Part shown: positions 57,549-63,885 of the stretch, in pieces
Layout of the letters: every line of letters starts with the position of its first letter
Numbering within the stretch: the first letter of the stretch is position 1
NCBI RefSeq assembly: GCF_016433145.1
Contig: NC_058136.1
Coordinates: 20,184,921 to 20,248,805, forward strand
Origin: Gracilinanus agilis
Lineage: Eukaryota
Length of the DNA stretch: 63,885 nucleotides
Reading direction: 5' to 3'
Position numbers and translations under genes: made by a program
Notes under the pieces: model-generated
What the model saw: the letters and a program-made list of their open reading frames with translations, nothing else
The model's database searches: none
What the model was told of the DNA's origin: nothing

Positions 57549-57999
57549 GTCTAGGGGAAGAAAGAGAAGGGGCCCAGGGGCTAGCCCTATTAATGACCCG
57601 ACGACACCTGAGAGTCCAACCTCATTCTTGAATGGAGTTAAACCACTGTCGGTAGTTCACAGTTGGGGTTTGGAGCAGAAGAGGGGAGAAGTGGGAAATT
57701 ATAAAAAGGAAAGGAAGCAAAGAGGAAACAGGTTTGAAGATGCCCAATGTCAAATGAAAAGAACAAAGGGGATGAGGACTGAACCTGTGATTTCATTGGA
57801 ATAGGCCACTTCTTCCTTCTACAAATCTAGGTGGGCACTTTCTAGTCTTAGCTGCCTGGGTACAATGGGAAGGTAAGTGACTTGCCCAGGGTCTCACAGC
57901 CAGGATTCTTGAACCCTGGTCTTCCTGGCTCTGAGGCTGGCTCTCTCTCTACCAAACCATACCGTCACTCCTTGAGAGAACAGAATCCAAAGTATATGT

Positions 58000-58290
58000 G
58001 AGTACTTGATCAGCACAATGATAACCCACAGTTCCAGTGGCCTCATGATGAAATGTGGTGCCCACCTCCAGATTCAGAGTGTGGACTGAGGCCTTTGCTT
58101 TCCTTTGGTTTTGCTTTCTTTTGTTTGGTTTGTTTTTGGACATGGCCAATGGGGGAATTTGTTTTGCTTGACTATACATGCTTGTAATAGGTTTTGTTCT
58201 TCTGGCTTTCTCAATGGGGGCAAAAAGGTGGTGGGAGGGAGAGAACTTGGACGTAAACATAAAATTAAATTAAATTACAATTAAAGAAAC
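58000..58290 (+). mobile_element. Older L1 3' UTR relic
   Basis: ggacatggccaatggggga...tttgttttgcttgactat...ggtgggagggagagaa...A-rich tail. Confidence 0.65.
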
Positions 58291-59769
58291 AAGGCACTGC
58301 TTTTAAAAAGTCCATCTGAGTACGCTGGTATCTATCTCCCCCATGGCGTCTCAAAGCCAAGTGCACAGTGATTCATTCCTACCCTGAGCATTTAGCCCAT
58401 CCTTCCTCTGATGAGGGCCCTGGTGATTCTGGAGTGAGGAGGAATGCCGGGGCCTGGGCCAATCCTAACAGAATGGCCCCAGGCCTAGCCCCATGGGCCT
58501 AGTGCCTTCCCTGGGCTTTCCTGGTATTAAATAAGGACCTGACAGGGTTAGGGGTTGGACCAAGAGAGTTGAATTCACATTTTTTAAGACTGGCTCCCAG
58601 TTTACAAAGGCCATTACAATGACTTCTCCTCCTGTTGCTATGCAACCTTGATCTTAGGACTTCTGTGGCTTCTGCCCTTGAAACCCTGTGGAAAGCCCCC
58701 CGTGGATGAGGGCTGTCAAAGCAAAAAAGTGCCAAGAGGCCTCTGCATGATTAGGGAAGCCACAAATGAGAGCTGCTCCCGACATCTCCCCGTTTGCTTT
58801 TAGAATTTTAATGGTTGGGAGAGGGGAAGAACTTCAGTTTTTATCTCTGGTGACTACCACCAAGAAACTGTTGGCTTGAGCTTTTGGGAGCCCAGCGAGA
58901 AGGATAAATTCATCAAAAACCCGATTCGCGGCTCTGCCCTTCCTTCTCTTTGAAAGACTGACGTGTACATGAGGGACCCACCATTATCTACTTGGTCCCA
59001 GGTTGGAGTGGAGGGAAACATAGACTATGGCTTCATGAGCAGTTATACAACTTCCAGCTCCATGTTAGTTGCTTGGGAGAGAGAGAGAGACCAAAAGAAA
59101 TTCCAACCCCCTCTGCCTTTGAATGGCTTCCTTTCTACATGACCAGTTGCAGATAGAGCAAACATCACCATTATCATTCCCTCACCATAGCAGAAAGCTC
59201 AGACCAGATGATGGGTGCAGGTAGCAAGCTCTCTGCAAGTCAGGGATGGAGGTGGGAGGCGAGGTCAAGAGGGAATCACGCGCTGGCTCTGGCTTTAATC
59301 TGCCCGCCTGCCAGGATGCCAGGACTAAAGGCAGAGGGGGATGGCAGTCATGGAGGCTGAATGGTGAACCCTTGTCATGCCTTCTCTGGCTCTTCAATCA
59401 CTGGGAAAAAATCACTGAAAGCCAGTCTGATGAAGCATGGCATAGCAGAAAAAACCCAGAATTTAAGGTCAGGGGACCAGGTTCTAATCCCATGATCACT
59501 TAACCTCTTTGGCCATCAGTGTTCTTATCTATAAAATAAGAGGGATTGCAAGCAAGACCTAAAGTCCTCTTCAACTTGAAGTCCTCTAAGAATCCCTTGT
59601 GTGGTGGGGTATGCCTTAAGTTCGAAATTATTATCTTCACAACTATAGTCAGAGCCCCCATCCCACAGCTGCAGTGAAAGGAGTAGGGGAAGAACTTCAT
59701 AAAATGGCCCCTCTTCTCTATTTTGTCTCTCTTTTGCCCTGAGAGGGGAGTTAGGGAAACAAAAGATTT

Positions 59770-60705
59770 GCAGACATTTAGCTCACTTGAAGCTTTGCAT
59801 ATTAATATTTTAGTTAATTTTTCCATAAATTTCTTGCAAGGCTTTCATTTCTTTTCCCAGTTTTTCCTCTAGCGCTCTTATTTAATTTTTTTGCTCCTCT
59901 TTTATCTCTTCTATGAATTCTTGTTGGGCTTGTGCTCAATCTTGGAGAGATTTTTAAGACATTGCTTTCTTCTGAGATTATGTCTTGACTTTCNNNNNNN
60001 NNNNNNNNNNNNNNNNNNNNNNNNNNNNNNNNNNNNNNNNNNNNNNNNNNNNNNNNNNNNNNNNNNNNNNNNNNNNNNNNNNNNNNNNNNNNNNNNNNNN
60101 NNNNNNNNNNNNNNNNNNNNNNNNNNNNNNNNNNNCCTGCTTATTTCTTGAATTTGGAGTTTAAGTTAGATTTGGGCTCTGCTCACCTCTGGAGGGGATG
60201 TCTGCCCTGAGTTTCTGTCTCCTCCTGCATTTTCCATGCTTGCATCATGGTGTGCTCTGGGGAGATATCTGATCATTACCCTACTGGCCTATAGGACCCT
60301 TCTCTCTCTCAGGACAGCTACTACTCCTTTCCACACCAGCACTGCAACCTACAAGTGGGCGATGGGTGACAGACCTGCCAGCTGATGCCTGATATTGTGC
60401 TCAGTGCTAGTACAAGGGTCCTCTGACCAGATGTTCGTCTTGGATGTTGCTGCCTCTTCATAGCCCTTAGCTGATTGCTGCTTCTGTTGCATTCTATTCC
60501 CGTTCAGTGTCAACCGGAGTGTCTGTGGACCTTTCTGCCCATCTTCCTAAGCTGTACCAGGCAGGAAAAATGACTTACCATGACTTTTTGTTGGCTTTTT
60601 TGCTCAGAATTTGGTTTGGCATGTTTTTAAAGTTGTTTTAGATGGGCTAGGTTGGAAGAGCTTGGCAAAAATGTTGACTTCACCCCGCCATCTTGGCTCT
60701 GCCCC
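59770..60705 (-). mobile_element. L1 5' end (5' UTR and start of ORF1), gap inside
   Basis: Ends in ccgccatcttggctctgcccc, the reverse complement of the L1 start GGGGCAGAGCCAAGATGGCGG; T-rich ORF1-like antisense sequence at ~59820-59990; left boundary approximate. Confidence 0.7.
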
Positions 60706-61269
60706 ATGTAAAGGCTCTTTTAAAAAAAAGAACATAACCACTGGTAATATGGTACTCAACAGCACATCACAGCTCCATGTGATGACAGGCAAGTGCAGAC
60801 TGATGACATAGAAGCATGCTGAAACCTTCGACTAACTCAAATGCATCACTTTAATGGATTTGGGGCTCTCTTCAAATGTGATCTGGTAGCATCTTAGAAT
60901 TTGCACTGAATCGAATTTCACATTTTTCAAACTCATTAATCAAGACCCAGCTTTAAACTTAAATTCATCTTAGTTATGGCCTCTCCCTCTTAGAAACAGT
61001 GCCTAGCACATAGTAGGCACTTAATAAATGCTTTTTCATTCATTCATTCATCCATTCAGAAAGGTAAATTCAGAGGCCAAATAAAGGTAAGTGGTTTACA
61101 CAAGATCCCACAGAAAACCAAGCAGGTAGATCTCTAAAGGGATGCCACATGGAAATGGAAGAAATGGGACAAATGAGTGGAAATTAAGGTGAGACAGGCT
61201 TTTGACGAATTTTGCTGAAGGACTCCCTAACTTTTGGAAATGGGATGAGCTGGCTTGATGAGATGTGTG

Positions 61270-61380
61270 TGTGTGAAAAGATTCAAACAGAAGCTAGATG
61301 GCCACTGATCAGGGCTATTTTAGCATGGATTCCTACGCCAGATCAGGGTTGGACTGGACAATTCTAGGATGAATGCTAAG
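61270..61380 (+). mobile_element. CR1/L3 (or MIR3) 3' tail
   Basis: attcaaacagaagctagatggccact...caggg...ggattcct...gggttggactgga. Confidence 0.6.
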
Positions 61381-61459
61381 TCACAACTGCCTCAAAATAT
61401 ACGGCACTCTTAGGCTTCTTTTGTTAGATTAGACTCCTTCTTTACATAGGTTTGGATGG

Positions 61460-61800
61460 AGGCTTATTATGGTCATTTATTTGCCAAGCATTTATAATTT
61501 TCTACAAGTGCTAGATACTCTGCTAGGAACTGAGGACAAAAAGACACAAACAAAAAAGTTCCTGCTCTCAAGGGACTTATATTCTATTGGGAGGAAACAA
61601 CATACACTTAGAAAAAGAAATACAAAATATATACAGAATCGCTGATGGGGGAAGAAACTGGCAACTGAGAAGGGTCAAAGTAATCACTTGGGTTAGGGAT
61701 GATACTTAAGTACTTGAGACCGATGGTACTTAAGGAGGCTAGGGATTCTACCAAGCAGGCTGGGGAATAAGTATATTTCAGGTATTCTGAGATCCTACCA
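61460..61800 (-). mobile_element. L2 3' region relic
   Basis: caagcatttata...tgctagg...gttcctgctctcaagggacttatattcta. Confidence 0.7.
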
Positions 61801-62480
61801 AATAATCTACAGTCATGACCTTGCTCCTGTCACCTTCATTGAAGTTGTCTCTGAGACCTCGTTGGAAGCAAAGAGTAGCCCACAGAATAAAGGAACAAGC
61901 TGCGCCAATCCTGAAAGGCTCATCCTTGGGAGCTTGGACAGCAGGTGCCTATTGAGGGCGCAGAGGGTTTATGGTCTGTGTTCACATGAGTGCCCAGCTG
62001 AGGAAATGAAAGATTCTTGAAATTGTGAGGAAGTCCATTGGTTTCTCCTGATGGAATTTCTGTAATGTAAACTGCTTAAAATTGATTTTTATGACTCCTA
62101 ACTTTTAATTATACTTCCTGCCAGAATTGAGTGAATGCAGAGAGTAAATGGATCAAGTCACAGTGATATTCCCACGAGGGTTTTTGTGCACTTCGACAAA
62201 ATTAGAACCAAACTCTCTACAGACTTTTTCCTTCCGTTTTGGTTGATTATAAAGTAGATTTTCTCCCTAAAAGGTGGAGTTGAATAGAATGGAAAGCTGT
62301 AGATAGAGAATAGGGGGTAGCACAGTAAAGGGGGCGGGGAATACACTGAGTCTGAAGCTCTTAGAATAGGGTGGGTCTAATTAGTTTGCCCATGGTCACA
62401 GAGATAGTAACAGACTGGGAATTGAAAACCAGATGGTCAAATTCCAAATCCAATTCTCTTTCCATGAAATCTGTGCAGCC

Positions 62481-62726
62481 TTGTTGTTCAGTCCTTTTTC
62501 AGTTATGTCTGACTCTTCATGATGCCATTTTGAGTTTTCCTGGCAAAGTAGTTTGCCATTTTCTTCTTCAGCTCATTTTACAGATGAAGAAACTGAGGCA
62601 AACAGAGTTCAATGACTTGCCCAGGGTCACCTAGCTACTAAGTTTCTTAGGTTAGATTCGAACTCGGGAAGAGCAATCTTTCTGACTTCAGGTCTGGCAC
62701 TCAATCCACTGTGCCACCTAGCTGCC
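62481..62726 (-). mobile_element. Mar1 CORE-SINE with RTE tail
   Basis: ttgttgttcagtc...tgccattttcttcttcagctcattttacagatgaagaaactgaggc...gtgccacctagctgcc. Confidence 0.9.
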
Positions 62727-63254
62727 ACCAACTACCAGATGTAGTCTAGCCTGTCTTGAGATTGCCTTATCGTCAGAGTCCCAGCCCTTAGAAAAATCTG
62801 AGTGCCCTCCTCACATGCCATCTCCCCTCTACTATTTCCCAGTCTATTCAGGGGCCCACGGGGCAGACCCAGAAGCAGGCCCACTTCGAGGATTTTTCTT
62901 TCTGACACTGGGAGACTCAACTGGGTCTGACTCTTACTCTGTGAACCTGTTCAAGATGACCATCCTAACTTATCACCCCGGCCAGACAGCCACTTTCTAC
63001 CCCTTCCTAAATGTCCTTAAAAATGGACTGAGACAGAACTGTTGTTTACAATCAACTTTATTTGGTCCCTACATTGCAACAGGACTTCTCTCATTATAGT
63101 ACAAGCAGCCAAAATGTCAGAATGGGGTTTGAATGGCAGCAGAAAGGACCCAGCTCTCCCAGCACTCCAAGATTCCCAGCACTCAGGGACTGAATAGATC
63201 AACCTAAGGACCCCTAGGATTCCACCTCACCGCTGTACCCACAGCTGAGCTTTC

Positions 63255-63510
63255 TTTTATGGCAACTAGGTGGAGTGATGGTTAAGGTACTGGGCTTGAT
63301 GTCAAGAAGATGTGAGTTTAAATCCAGCCTCAGAAACTTACTAGCTTTGTGACCTTTGTCAAGTTGCTTAACTCTGTTTACCTCAGTTTCCCCAATTGTA
63401 AAATGGAGATAATAATTGCATCCACCTCCCAGGGTTGTTGTGAGGATGAAATGAGAGGATAATTGTAAAGTGCTTGGCCTACAGCTTGGCCCAGAGTAGG
63501 CACCATATAA
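63255..63510 (+). mobile_element. MIR/Mar CORE-SINE
   Basis: ctaggtgg...cctcagtttcccc...gtaaaatggagataata...cctcccagggttgttgtgaggat. Confidence 0.85.
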
Positions 63511-63719
63511 ATGTTGTCTCTTATCATGGCCTCCCTCAATGAGAATGTGAACTCCTTGGGAGAAGGGACTATCTTGATTTTTCTATTTGTATTCCCATTG
63601 GTGAGTACATATTAAACAGTGCACTTGCATTCATTCTGCAACCAGAAGAGAGCATGGCAAGGCACCTGTTAGTAACAGGCAAGGGGACATAAAGTCACCG
63701 ATTATTAGAGTAAAAAGGA

Positions 63720-63885
63720 CTCTTCGAAATCCTCAGGATTAAGCTCATTTCTTTATAGATGAGGAAAATAAAGGCCAGAGGGGCAGAGTGGCTTGCTCTG
63801 TGTTATACAGATAGTCTAAGACAGCACCAGTTTTGAACCCTGGGCCCCTGACTCCAAACCCACTGCACCACACTGCCTCCTACTG
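63720..63885 (-). mobile_element. MIR/CORE-SINE
   Basis: tttatagatgaggaaa...aggccagag...ttgaaccctggg...tgactcc...cactgcaccacactgcctc. Confidence 0.75.

Noticed and set aside
58408-58445. Hammerhead ribozyme core (CTGATGAG)
   Set aside because: No stem II followed by GAAA and no cleavage triplet geometry; other CTGATGAG words sit inside MIR or L2
1-63885. CRISPR arrays, rRNA, bacterial-type operons
   Set aside because: Eukaryotic repeat-rich DNA with no regularly spaced direct repeats and no gene-dense coding regions

Overview
Mammalian non-coding DNA, almost certainly from a didelphid marsupial (opossum). The basis is the repeat set: SINE1_Mdo-type SINEs, Mar1 CORE-SINEs with RTE tails, marsupial L1 3' ends, an RTE LINE relic, and many MIR, L2 and CR1/L3 relics. 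I recognise no host protein-coding exon, rRNA, tRNA, snoRNA, miRNA, ribozyme, endogenous virus or CRISPR array. All protein-like ORFs that I can identify are dead retrotransposon fragments (L1, L2, CR1 and RTE ORF2). Most of the window carries an interspersed repeat roughly every kb; only representative MIR and L2 copies are listed. The exception is ~11.3-19.1 kb, where I recognise no interspersed repeat. That zone holds a GA-rich minisatellite, three assembly gaps, G-runs, an orphan CpG island (~16.2-17.0 kb) and a well-formed candidate non-coding exon (18098-18191). It looks like a developmental regulatory hub or lncRNA promoter, but the gene cannot be named from sequence alone. The other clear theme is at least five families of hAT DNA-transposon MITEs with TIRs and 8-bp TA-centred TSDs; one carries a near-consensus CTCF motif just outside the CpG domain. 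Several CpG-retaining unique islets (15.2, 28-29, 32.5, 47, 57, 62 kb) are candidate conserved enhancers. I found no convincing evidence of a new protein-coding system. Repeat family names are from recall rather than a database search, and most repeat boundaries without TSDs are approximate.
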